A stretch of 64,000 nucleotides of DNA, from assembly GCA_963794945.1 (NCBI GenBank), contig CAWCFT010000009.1:72139-136138 (forward strand). Reading direction: 5' to 3'. This document shows positions 20,159 through 30,025 of this stretch, in pieces. Position 1 is the first letter of the stretch; the number at the start of each line of letters is the position of its first letter. Source of the stretch: Endomicrobiales bacterium (lineage in GTDB: Bacteria; Elusimicrobiota; Endomicrobiia; Endomicrobiales; CAWCFT01). Under the pieces are notes generated by a model that ran no database searches, was not told the DNA's origin, and was given only the letters and a program-made list of their open reading frames with translations. A program made the translations under genes and the position numbers.

Positions 20159-21429
20159 CACTTCTGTCCGGTTAAAAAGCGAACGCCATTGTTAGTTGGC
20201 GGTCTGTGTTTTTGATTTTAGGCAGCAATCGATCATTCAAATTAAGTAAGTCAATGAGATTGAGGCGTTCAAGAAGCGTTTCCTGAATGACTTTGTGCAG
20301 GTAGAACAGTGAATATTTATATTTTGACTGATATTTGATGTAAGACAGAAGCAAGTAGTAGCACATGGCAATCCAGATCTGCGTAAGCACAGCGTTCTTT
20401 GAAGTGCCAAAGAATGTTTTGATTTTAAGGTTCTGCTTGATCCACTTGAAAAAGACTTCAACTTGCCAGCGGGCTTTATAGATACCAGCAATAGTAGAAG
20501 CGGCAAGCTTGAAGTTGTTGGTAATAAAAACAAGCAGTTTATCGGTTTGCTTGTCATAGTAACGGATCAAGCGCAGTTCTTTGGGATAATCCTGCTTCTG
20601 ATAAAAGCCGTTCAAGGCGATAATTTCATCTGAAATTACGCTGTTTTTTGATGATTCAGGATGCTGTCCGGAAACAGTGTAATTGATGTTGTCTTTGGCT
20701 CTGGTAACGAAGAAAGCGCCTACTGTGTCTATTGAATTAAACCAGGCAAAGTCTATATAGCCCTTGTCCATGCAGTAGATGCTGTCCGGCACAATGTCAA
20801 AAGAAGAACGGGCAACGGTTATTTCGTGCTTTTTGGCATCTGTGACAACCATGAACGTGGGTATCTGCCCGGCATGGTCTAACTGGCAATGCAGTTTTAT
20901 AGCCCCTTTGGTAGTGCGGAATTTTGCCCATGAAAACATTGACAGGCACAAGTCAATGACTGTGGCGTCAAAAATGAACAATGGGTTTTTAAACTTGAAT
21001 TTGTGTGTAGGGGTTATATTCTTACAGCGTTCAAGCAAGGCATAAAACAACCCTTCATATATGCGGTAGTCGCGTTTCTGGTTGGCATCGGCAAGAGTAG
21101 AACGGCGCACAATGGCAAGGCCGACATGGTAGAGCTTTCCGGCTTGCGCCAGAAAAGCATTAACAATATCACGCAAGCTGTCCTTGCCGCTGATTTGGGC
21201 ATAAAGCATGACTGTTAGTTGTTTCCAGCAATTGAAGGTTTTGACGTATCTGTCCCCGAAATGACGAGAAACGAGGTTTTCAAAACGATGTCTCGGAATA
21301 AACGTTTGCAATTGGTTCATGATAGTGTTATAATGCATCTTATCAATCCTCCGTCAGTAGATTTGTTCCTTTGCAGAAACATTCTACCTGATCGGGGGAT
21401 TTTATTCAAATTTTAACCGGACAGGTGTG
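20159..21429 (-). mobile_element. IS4-family insertion sequence, 1271 bp
   Basis: IRs CACTTCTGTCCGGTTAAAA (20159-20177) and TTTTAACCGGACAGGTGTG (21411-21429), 17/19 match; 9-bp direct repeat ATTTATAAT at 20150-20158 and 21430-21438. Confidence 0.92.
20172..21338 (-). CDS. IS4-family DDE transposase (DUF4372-like N-terminus)
   Basis: FDATVI, MDKGY, IYKARWQVEVFFKWIKQNL (YREK motif). Confidence 0.95.
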   Translation of the reverse strand: MHYNTIMNQLQTFIPRHRFENLVSRHFGDRYVKTFNCWKQLTVMLYAQISGKDSLRDIVNAFLAQAGKLYHVGLAIVRRSTLADANQKRDYRIYEGLFYALLERCKNITPTHKFKFKNPLFIFDATVIDLCLSMFSWAKFRTTKGAIKLHCQLDHAGQIPTFMVVTDAKKHEITVARSSFDIVPDSIYCMDKGYIDFAWFNSIDTVGAFFVTRAKDNINYTVSGQHPESSKNSVISDEIIALNGFYQKQDYPKELRLIRYYDKQTDKLLVFITNNFKLAASTIAGIYKARWQVEVFFKWIKQNLKIKTFFGTSKNAVLTQIWIAMCYYLLLSYIKYQSKYKYSLFYLHKVIQETLLERLNLIDLLNLNDRLLPKIKNTDRQLTMAFAF

Positions 21430-21507
21430 ATTTATAATAATTAATAACTGCCTTTGTTCTGAAGCCCGATCACGGATTTCCGGCAATACAAACACATTAT
21501 GTGAGGA

Positions 21508-22611
21508 TCAAGTATTATCAATTATTCCATATAACTTTTTCATCGCCGTTTCGAACGTTTTTTCGCCGAAACGCCTTTTTGCCATATTAAAGGCGTTAAA
21601 TGACAGCTTGTTCCAAAGCATTTCGTTATTATATACTTTTACTACCTTTTTCGCAAACTCTTCCGGCTTATCAGCGACTAAAACCTCTCTGCCGTGTTTC
21701 GCGCCTATGCCTTCGACACCGATCGAACTCGTCACAACCGGGGTCCTTGAGATCATTGAATCAACTATCTTCTTCTTTACACCCGCCCCATAACGCATGG
21801 GGCATACAAAAACACGGTATTTGCCGAGCTCATCAAAAATATCATCTACGCGCCCATGGGTCAGTAAACCTCCGCCCATTCTATGAAAATGGTCCGCCCC
21901 ATTGCCTGCCACATGGAATTTTATGCTGGGGATCTTTTTTTTGATCAAAGGAAATATTTTTCTCATAAAATATTTTATAGTATCGTCATTGGCCCCTTCA
22001 TTTCCGTATTGCCCGAAAAACACAAGGCCGGACCTTTCCGCGAACTTTCTCGGAACTGTTCCCTTTTCAGGAACTTCCGTGGGCGTAGGTATGATCATTA
22101 TTCTTTTGCCTGGAAGTTCTTTCCTGAATATATCCCTTTCGGGCTTTGATATTGCGATTAGCGTGTCAGCCAGCTTGAGCCCTTCAAGTTCATTAATTTT
22201 ACTTTTTCTAAAAAAAGAATCACGGCTTTTTACGCCGTTTATTTGCATTTCTCTTCTTTGCCTGATGTATGTGATCTCATGAGTGTCAACAATAATGCGG
22301 TTAAATAACGGCAGGCAGCTGCGGAAACCGGCTATGCAGTAATATGACCTGAATATCGCTGTTTTTATTCTGTTTTTTAAAATAAACCTGTTGATGTTTG
22401 CAACATGATTCTTATCCAACGGAAAAACAATTTTTACTCCCATATCTATAAGCGCTTTGCCGCTTAAACCACTATTCCATCGGACGGTGAGCGGCAGCAG
22501 AAACACTCTGTACCTTTTTGCCAGGCTTTTACAAAGGCGGTAAACCCTCCAGTCTCCTGCATTAGTTTCAAAATGTGGGATATGAGTGACGACAACAAGG
22601 ATGCTTTTCAA
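21508..22611 (-). CDS. Glycosyltransferase family 4 (GT-B)
   Basis: VDTHEI..IR..RE, PMRYGAGVKKKI, PVVTSSIGVEG. Confidence 0.85.
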   Translation of the reverse strand: MKSILVVVTHIPHFETNAGDWRVYRLCKSLAKRYRVFLLPLTVRWNSGLSGKALIDMGVKIVFPLDKNHVANINRFILKNRIKTAIFRSYYCIAGFRSCLPLFNRIIVDTHEITYIRQRREMQINGVKSRDSFFRKSKINELEGLKLADTLIAISKPERDIFRKELPGKRIMIIPTPTEVPEKGTVPRKFAERSGLVFFGQYGNEGANDDTIKYFMRKIFPLIKKKIPSIKFHVAGNGADHFHRMGGGLLTHGRVDDIFDELGKYRVFVCPMRYGAGVKKKIVDSMISRTPVVTSSIGVEGIGAKHGREVLVADKPEEFAKKVVKVYNNEMLWNKLSFNAFNMAKRRFGEKTFETAMKKLYGIIDNT

Positions 22612-22644
22612 GTAACGTTCCTTTTGCTTTAGCCTTACTCTTCT

Positions 22645-23532
22645 TTAACTTGCATAATTCCGCGCCGTCCGCCAGTGGTGGGCCTCTACAACAGAGGCAC
22701 GGCCTTCTGTTTGCTGTTTTTCATAAATGCTGTAAAATCTTCTCCCTGCTTTTCCCCACTTCTTTAAGAATTTCTTCTTGGCCGCGCGGCACACCGCGTC
22801 TATTCTTCCGTATTTGTGCTTGAATATTCCGGACTTCGTGGCTTTGCTGATAAAATGAAATATAAAAACATTCATGGCATTAACCAGTTTGTACCCTGCC
22901 TTTTTTGCCCTGAACGAATATTCAAGGTCTTCACCGCTGCATGGATAGAACCTTTCGTCAAACAGGCCTATTTTGTCGACAACGCTTCGTTTTATCAGCA
23001 TGCACATTCCGTGAATATAAAGCGCCTCATCATACTGCCCTTTTCTACTCAGCGATAACATCACCGCGGCTTTTTGGATTTCTTTTATATTTCTAAACCC
23101 GGCGATAGCTGGAAAAAGGCCATAATCGTTTATGACATTATTGCTCGCGCAGCCAACAATGCCTGTCTTTTTATCGCTTTCCGCGCAGCTTACCAGGCCC
23201 TCAAGCCAGTTAATAGTCACTATTACGTCATTGTTCAGATAACAAACATATTTACCTTCGGATATATATATCCCGCGGTTTAACGCCCCGGATACGCCAA
23301 GGTTCCGTTTGCTTATTATCGGCTTAAACGCCCGTATCGAGCTCCTGGCTCCAACGGCCAGCCTGTTTTTAAGGGTTTTGAAATACTTTCCGGTGCCATC
23401 GGATGAACCGTTATCAATTACTATCAGTTCAAAAGGGTATGATGTGTATTTAAGTATGCTGTTAATGCACATCTTTGTGAATTTAAGCTCATTGAAACAA
23501 GGTATTATTATCGAGACAATATTTTCTGTCAT
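22645..23532 (-). CDS. Glycosyltransferase family 2
   Basis: SIIIPCFN, IVIDNGSSDGT, LNND, GLFDERF...EDLEY. Confidence 0.9.
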   Translation of the reverse strand: MTENIVSIIIPCFNELKFTKMCINSILKYTSYPFELIVIDNGSSDGTGKYFKTLKNRLAVGARSSIRAFKPIISKRNLGVSGALNRGIYISEGKYVCYLNNDVIVTINWLEGLVSCAESDKKTGIVGCASNNVINDYGLFPAIAGFRNIKEIQKAAVMLSLSRKGQYDEALYIHGMCMLIKRSVVDKIGLFDERFYPCSGEDLEYSFRAKKAGYKLVNAMNVFIFHFISKATKSGIFKHKYGRIDAVCRAAKKKFLKKWGKAGRRFYSIYEKQQTEGRASVVEAHHWRTARNYAS

Positions 23533-23642
23533 ATAGAATTATTGATCTTTTTGCGGCCAGAACCAGCTAATATTAGCAACAATAATTATAAAATAATGCG
23601 CAAGAGTTTTCCGGAAGAACAGAAAACATCAAACAAAGACGC

Positions 23643-24425
23643 TTAAAGTATTTTAAAAACAACCTCGCTTTGCTTTTTTTCCTTAATTCTGACACTTTGC
23701 TCATATTGCCCTGTTATTTCATCTATATTTCCAAAACCCAGCTGTTCACCGTGATTTATGTAAAGCGCCCTTTTACAGTATTTTTTTATACTGCCGATCC
23801 CGTGCGAAATGAACAATATCGTGCTGCCACTATTAAGAAGCCTTTCGATCGCGCCGATGCACTTAGTCTGGAATGAGGCATCGCCAACGGCCAACACTTC
23901 ATCGATCATTATTATGCCGGAAACTGTTTGTATAACGGTAGCAAAAGCTAGGCGGGCTCTCATGCCGGATGAATATTCTCCAAGCCTCGTTTCCATAAAC
24001 CCGTCAAGCTCGGCGAATTCCGTTATTTCCGGCAGTTTTTGGTCTATTTGTTTTCTCGTCATGCCGTGCAGAGCTCCGTAAAGATACACGTTCTCCACAG
24101 CGGTGAACCGCTGGTTAAAACCGAGCCCGAGCTCAAAAATACATGAAACCTCTTCCCTGACCACGTAGCTCCCGACGGTCGGGGCCATGATACCTGAAAG
24201 GATCCTTAACAGGGTTGTTTTGCCCGCGCCATTCGGCCCGATAATAGGCAGCATCTCTCCCCTGTTCACCGTAATGTTTATATCACGCAGCGCCCAAAAA
24301 TCTTTTGTAGGGTATTCACCGCTCAACTTATACTTTAAAGTTGTAAACAGCGTATGCCTTTCTTTTGTGCCTATCCTGAATTTTTTAGATAGGCCCTTGG
24401 TCTCTATCAATGGTTCGTTCAGCAT
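23643..24425 (-). CDS. Polysaccharide ABC exporter ATP-binding subunit (Wzt/TagH-like)
   Basis: FWALRDI, GPNGAGKTT, YSSGMRARLAF, DEVLAVGDASF. Confidence 0.9.
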   Translation of the reverse strand: MLNEPLIETKGLSKKFRIGTKERHTLFTTLKYKLSGEYPTKDFWALRDINITVNRGEMLPIIGPNGAGKTTLLRILSGIMAPTVGSYVVREEVSCIFELGLGFNQRFTAVENVYLYGALHGMTRKQIDQKLPEITEFAELDGFMETRLGEYSSGMRARLAFATVIQTVSGIIMIDEVLAVGDASFQTKCIGAIERLLNSGSTILFISHGIGSIKKYCKRALYINHGEQLGFGNIDEITGQYEQSVRIKEKKQSEVVFKIL

Positions 24426-25189
24426 ATCTTTTCCACAAAGAATCCTTCCATTTTTTTAAACAACCTGTATCCCACGATCAAAATTACTGTCGAGAGCACG
24501 AATACATAAATAAGCCCCGGCAGGTCGGGGAATTTATTGTCGATTAATATTTGCCTGGTAGCTTTTATAATATGCGTCATAGGGTTAAGGAGGATTATCC
24601 TCTGCTTGCCTACGCTAAGCATATCCATTGAATAGAATATCGGAGTTATGAATATGCCTATGCTCATCAGTATGCCCCATATCCTTGATATATCAAGAAA
24701 ATATACGCCTATTGTGGCAAGAACAAAAGAGAGCGCGACCACAAGATAAATATTCAAAGCGAGTATCGGGAGCAGTAGAATAACTTTTATGCCAACGTGC
24801 CCTTTAATAATAAGAAAGACAACTATCAATATAAATAATTCCAGCAAATGGATGTAGAGAGCGGACAATACCGAGCACATGACCAGCACCGACTTCGGGA
24901 AGTTTATGCTTTTAATATACATGCTGTACCTGATAAGCACAAAAATGGCCGAGCTCGTAGCGGACGCAAAAAAGTTCCATTGAACGAAACCTATGATCAG
25001 GTAAAGAGGGAAATCCGGTATACGCGAGCCCATCCATTTTACGAACAATCCGTAAAGGACAAGATAGTAGATCAGCGGATTGAGCAACGTCCACAAGAAT
25101 CCCGCGACCGTACCCTGATCCCTCATTTTGAAATCAGCCGTGGCAAGAGAGAAAACCATCGTCCAGTAATTTTTCTTGAGCATTTCCAT
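24419..25189 (-). CDS. Polysaccharide ABC exporter permease (Wzm/TagG-like)
   Basis: DFKMRDQGTVAGFLWTLLNPL, TPIFY, NPMTH. Confidence 0.9.
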   Translation of the reverse strand: MEMLKKNYWTMVFSLATADFKMRDQGTVAGFLWTLLNPLIYYLVLYGLFVKWMGSRIPDFPLYLIIGFVQWNFFASATSSAIFVLIRYSMYIKSINFPKSVLVMCSVLSALYIHLLELFILIVVFLIIKGHVGIKVILLLPILALNIYLVVALSFVLATIGVYFLDISRIWGILMSIGIFITPIFYSMDMLSVGKQRIILLNPMTHIIKATRQILIDNKFPDLPGLIYVFVLSTVILIVGYRLFKKMEGFFVEKIC

Positions 25190-25361
25190 TATTACGCCGG
25201 ATCTCCTTCAAAACATGGGCACAGGCAAACAGTCGAAAGGGCCTGAATAAATATTGAACGCGGGGCTAATAAGCAACCCAGCGTTCCCTGTATTCGCGTT
25301 CATTAAGCTCACTGTTCATTGACACCGGATTTTGAATATTTAATACAAACCACCCCAACAC

Positions 25362-26323
25362 TCAGTTTATGCCTTTTTTAAATGACCTGAGAGCATACCC
25401 TATACATCCTCCGTGGCATGTTTTTCTGATAAAATGCTTGCATTTACGGCACTTCGGTTCTGCTCCAAGCTCTTGTATATTTTTAAACCTGTCATTAAAA
25501 TATTTATCCGCGTCTCTCACAGTATTAAAATCATTCATCGAAGCGTTGAACAACCCCGATGTTGCAAAGCATCTCCACATAGTTAAATCTATATTTATGT
25601 CATTTGCACCCTTGCAGAATAACAATGGAAAATTATCATCATAGTACAACTGTCCAATCTGCTTTTTTGTAAAACTGCATAGCCTGAAGCCGCAATCGAA
25701 ATCTATTCTAATATTATGCTTGTCACATTCTTTAGAAAAACTTACAACATATTTTCCGATTTGCCCGTGGTCCAGTGCTGACAAATGTTTGTTGCCGCCA
25801 TCAGCTAACGGAGCAGCTAACCCCAGCCTGACCACCTTTTTTAAATTATATTTTCTTATTAAACTGATAAGCCAACTACCATTAAAGTTTCTGTCATGTA
25901 TGGTATAACCTGCTCTTGCTATTTTATTGAGCCCTTTCATTGTTTTATTAAGTATTTTCCAAGACTTAATAGAATAGCTTTCGGGGTTATTTACGTTTAA
26001 AATGACATTTACTTTTTTCGGGTCGACCCCCTTCAAATATTGCAACACCTTGTCTTTCATAATGCCGTTTGAAAATATTCTAACACTTATCCCTGACTTC
26101 AAGATCATATCAATAGCCGCATTAAATTGCGGATGAAGAGTCAGCTCGCCCCAAGTATTCCCAAAGTATTTTCATTGGATTTTTTCGCGAAATTAATTAC
26201 TTTATTTATATTTTCAAGAGTAACATAATGATCCTCTCCTGCGCTTTTTGTGTCTTGTATTTTGCCTTTTGCAAAACAATACTGGCATTTTAGATTACAG
26301 ATATTTGTGAACAGGACATTCAT
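25362..26323 (-). CDS. Radical SAM protein with C-terminal Cys cluster (frameshift near 26150)
   Basis: TNICNLKCQYC; G-run indel in GILG(G)ELTLHP joins the two ORFs; C-terminal CRKCKHF...CHGGC. Confidence 0.8.
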
Positions 26324-26545
26324 TGTTTCCTCTTTTTAAGGGCCGTCTAGCCATTGCAATAGAACAAAAAGGTACTGTAAAACCAAATTAAAGTGTCGTA
26401 GGTATCAATGAAATATTTTACAGATAGGCTGAAGAAAGGAATTATATATGCTGTCTTATTAGTGGTTCCCATGTCAATGAAGTGCTATAACCAACCGAGT
26501 TAAATGGATATATATTAGATTATAACTTGCAAATGAAGGCTAAAA

Positions 26546-26621
26546 TGGAGGTGCGGGTCGGAGTTGAACCGACGAATGACGGTTTTGCAGACCGCCCCCT
26601 TAACCACTTGGGTACCGCACC
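26546..26621 (-). tRNA. tRNA-Cys(GCA)
   Basis: GGTGCGGTACCCAAGTGGTTAAGGGG GCGGT-CTGCAAA-ACCGT CATTCGTCGGTTCAACTCCGACCCGCACCTCCA. Confidence 0.97.
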
Positions 26622-26633
26622 AAAAGAGATAAA

Positions 26634-26662
26634 AGTATACATAAAATACCGTTTTATGTCAA
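26634..26662 (-). promoter_or_regulatory. Sigma70 promoter of tRNA-Cys
   Basis: TTGACA, 17 nt, TATACT ending 12 nt before the tRNA. Confidence 0.75.
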
Positions 26663-26689
26663 CATTCCATCAAACATTCCATCAAACGT

Positions 26690-27397
26690 CTATCTAGATG
26701 CGTTTATAATACCCCTAACTTTTTTAACGCATTCATTTGAATGGCTTAAAATACTCTTCTCTTGAAAACGAGCCACTTTCCAGCCATGCCTGCGCAGGAA
26801 ACTATCTTTTGCCTTATCCTTCCTTTTCTGAGCCCTGCCCGAGTGCGCCTTGATATTATCGCACTCAATAGCTATCTTCACACTTCTTTGGAGTACAACC
26901 AGGTCAATCCGAAACCTTTTTCCTTTAACCGATACACTGAACTCTCTTTTCGTTTTTATGCCGGCGCGGTGTAGCGCTCTTTCCAATATGCTTTCGGTAT
27001 CAGGCACTCCGTAAAGTTGGAGGATATTCCGTGCGGAAAGCAACGTCTTTAGTTCAGTGAACCCGAAAGACACCCTGCGCGGTACAATATTTTTTATCGG
27101 CCTTGCCAGTTTAATTATTTTCTTAAATTCGTACTTATAATATTTACACTCCGCACTCGGATGCCCGCCCTCATTGGGCAGCAGATATTTCCTTTTAACT
27201 TTCCTCTTTTTCGATATACGTGCATAAAATTCTATGCGCTTCCCTCTCTTGCCGAATAATGAAGGCTGGTAAAAAGCGATGTAGTCGAATTTTCGCTTAA
27301 ATGAAAAGGCCACCGGTATCCTGTACCAGTGGTCTTTCAAAAGGATATCAAGATCTATCCGGCGCTTCAACACCCCAACCAAAACATTTTTTACCAT
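26690..27397 (-). CDS. DUF559/Vsr-like endonuclease-domain protein
   Basis: HWYRIPV N-terminal domain; RIDL...IAIECD..KAH...DKAKDSFLRRHGWKVARF. Confidence 0.75.
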   Translation of the reverse strand: MVKNVLVGVLKRRIDLDILLKDHWYRIPVAFSFKRKFDYIAFYQPSLFGKRGKRIEFYARISKKRKVKRKYLLPNEGGHPSAECKYYKYEFKKIIKLARPIKNIVPRRVSFGFTELKTLLSARNILQLYGVPDTESILERALHRAGIKTKREFSVSVKGKRFRIDLVVLQRSVKIAIECDNIKAHSGRAQKRKDKAKDSFLRRHGWKVARFQEKSILSHSNECVKKVRGIINASR

Positions 27398-27572
27398 AAA
27401 GTGAAACTCCGCCAGCAGGAGCTGGCGGCTTTTTTACTACGCCAACAACCTGCGTGTCGCCTTCGGCGGCCGCCTAGCCATCCTCAAACAGGAGCTTGGG
27501 GTTTAACATGGCGGACTAATTGATCTATAAAATACTTTTATATTTATTCAAAACTGCCGCCGTGCGCAGCGC

Positions 27573-28086
27573 TTACAGGCGCTGCTCAGAAAGGCCCATG
27601 TGATCCGTCTCAATTTCAACAAGAGCTGTAAATATCTGTTTTATTCTTTCATCGGTTGATTCCGCCGCGCTTTTTTATAAAACTCTATGGCGCGAATTTC
27701 GCGTTTATGGGACTCTTCGAGATTCTCATTATTAATCACAAAACATTGCTCCGAACCCTTAGGCGTCGCATCAAGCTTCAGTATTTTTTTCCACATGGCC
27801 GCATGTTCGGCTTCTACTTTGGCAAGCGCTTTAAATAATTGTTTGCCTTCAAGGTCATTAGTCTTGCCGGCTGCAGAAATAGAATGTCGAATTGCTTACC
27901 TCTACCTGCAGGGCGTGCTCAGCATTCTCCTTATCTTTCGCGTTCAAACTTACATTAAAGTTCACATTAGCGGCTTTCGCATTTTTGATGTATTGCCTGT
28001 GAGCGCCGCAAAACGGACAGTTATCCGGCGGATTTTCGCCGAATGTATGGGTCTCCGCAAATCTCGCATCTCCAAAGTTTAGCCAT
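27573..28086 (-). CDS. Rubredoxin-like + ferritin-like (rubrerythrin-type) protein, multiple frameshifts
   Basis: Not in ORF track. Manual reading gives MAKLWRCEICGDPY..PPDNCPFCGA, KALAKVEAEHA, EIRAIEFY, ALVEIETDH. Confidence 0.7.
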
Positions 28087-28132
28087 TTTGTTCTTCTCCT
28101 TCGACCCTAGGCTTTCCGGGTGATATCAGTTA

Positions 28133-29213
28133 TTATATAAAAGACAACAGTTTTTTATTATTTGTGAATGTTTTGACCTGCTCCAGCAGGAAATTCATTG
28201 CCTCTTCCGGCTTCTTATGGGATAATATTTTTCTCAAGTCGATTATTGATTTGATGTCTTCCTTATCATAGAGCAGTTCTTCTTTTCTTGTGCCGCTTTC
28301 CATTATATTGATGGCCGGAAATATTCGTTGCTCTGCCAGCGCCCTGTCCAAAACTATTTCACAGTTTCCCGTGCCCTTGAATTCCTGAAAAATAAGGTCG
28401 TCCATGCGCGAACCCGTGTCGACCAGCGTTCGTGGCGAGTATAGTGACCGAGCCGCCATTCTCTATTTTGCGGGCTAGGCCGAGGAAACGGCGCGGTATC
28501 TGCAGCGCTTCGCTATCCACCCCCCCGGACATGGTCCGGCCGCTTGACGAGCCCCTCTGATTGAAAGCCCGCGCCATGCGGGTCAGGCTGTCAACAAGTA
28601 TTACCACATCCTTTTTGCATTCCAATTCTATCCTTATCTGCGCTAATACAAGTTCTGTCAGCGCGACGTGTTCCGCTACCGTGCGGTCGCTGCTGCTTGC
28701 GATAACCTCCGCATCGACACCGCGTTTGAAAAATGTTACTTCTTCGGGCCGTTCATCTATAAGTAATACTATTATCCGTGCGTCGCCATCAGCCTCGCGA
28801 ATGGTCTTTGCGATCTTCATCAAAAGCGTTGTCTTGCCCGCTTTTGAAGGTGAAACTATTAGCCCTCTGGTACCTTTGCCGATGGGGGTAATCAGGTCAA
28901 GTATCCGCATACTGATATCCGTTGACTTTGAAAGATCGAACCTTTCATTTGGGTCTACAGCTGTCAGCTCATCGAACGGTGTCCTATTGGAGAACTCACT
29001 TGGAGAAAGGCCGCAGATGGTATCTATCGAAGTGATCTGTTTATTTTCTTCTTTCCCTTCGACAAAAGCGCCGGATATAAGATGATACTGTTTGACTGAT
29101 GCCTGAGGCACAACAACATCATCAGCGCACGGGACAAATGATCTTTTAGGGTCGCGCAGCGCCCCCGCTCCATTGCGCGTGAATTGAAAAATACCTTTTG
29201 TTTGTATAGACAT
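28133..29213 (-). CDS. rho: Transcription termination factor Rho, short form (frameshift near 28430)
   Basis: PIGKGTRGLIVSPSKAGKTT, LIDERPEEVT, DSLTRMARAFN, DTGSRMDDLIFQEFKGTGN, SGTRKEELL. Confidence 0.9.
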
Positions 29214-29580
29214 TTATTTATTCCTTTTAACTAAACAATCATCAACATAACAATGACAAATCAATTTGATGTTCACTTATAGTCCGAATGATGAATGGAG
29301 GTGCGTGTTGGTTAGTTTCTTGCATCAATTATATCAAATTATGCGAAATATAGTATGTTTTAGCTAAAATATATTTATGTTTAATATATTTGCGTTTATC
29401 CCGGTTGAAATTCTTTCAAAATGCATAGAATTAAGTCAGTAGAAACACGAAATATACTATTTTAAACGAACGAGGTTAAATGTATAATTTTTACTAATGC
29501 ATCTTAATGACAGCGCGAAGCGGGAGGTGATCCTCTAAGTCCTCATACAGTAAATATTTACGATAAAAGGAGACCGTACC

Positions 29581-29991
29581 ATGAAAACTTCTATACTAGC
29601 GTTAGTTTTATCGGCAGTGGTCATCATGTTCGCAGGATATTTATCAGCTGACGATAATGGATTTGTGTGCCCGTTGGACAAAAAAACAGCAAAAAAAATG
29701 ATGGATGAAGACCACGCGAAAAGAGTCGCTTACTACACCACATTGCTAAACCTCACACCGGATCAGAGTAAAAAGATCTCAGATATCATGGTTGAATACA
29801 GGGACAGGCAGCTTGCCAAAAAAGACGAGTTCATTCAAAGCCAGGTAGATGCCGTAAATGAATCAGATAGAAAAATTAAGGCGGTATTGACGCCTGAACA
29901 GGTTGACAAATATAAGGAAGCGCAAAGCAATCAGAATAAAACTCTTGGTGATAAAATGAGGGATTGGTTCCAGAGCGGGATGTGTTATTGA
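29581..29991 (+). CDS. Secreted Spy/CpxP-like (LTxxQ) helical protein
   Basis: Signal peptide; LNLTPDQ and VLTPEQ motifs; AGGAG RBS. Confidence 0.6.
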   Translation: MKTSILALVLSAVVIMFAGYLSADDNGFVCPLDKKTAKKMMDEDHAKRVAYYTTLLNLTPDQSKKISDIMVEYRDRQLAKKDEFIQSQVDAVNESDRKIKAVLTPEQVDKYKEAQSNQNKTLGDKMRDWFQSGMCY

Positions 29992-30025
29992 ACCGGCTGA
30001 TAACCGTGTTAAAATATGCTTGTTA

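Noticed and set aside
26690..27397. DUF559 nuclease as the island's integrase or mobility gene
   Set aside because: It lies on the 5' side of tRNA-Cys, outside the island, and has no recombinase motifs.
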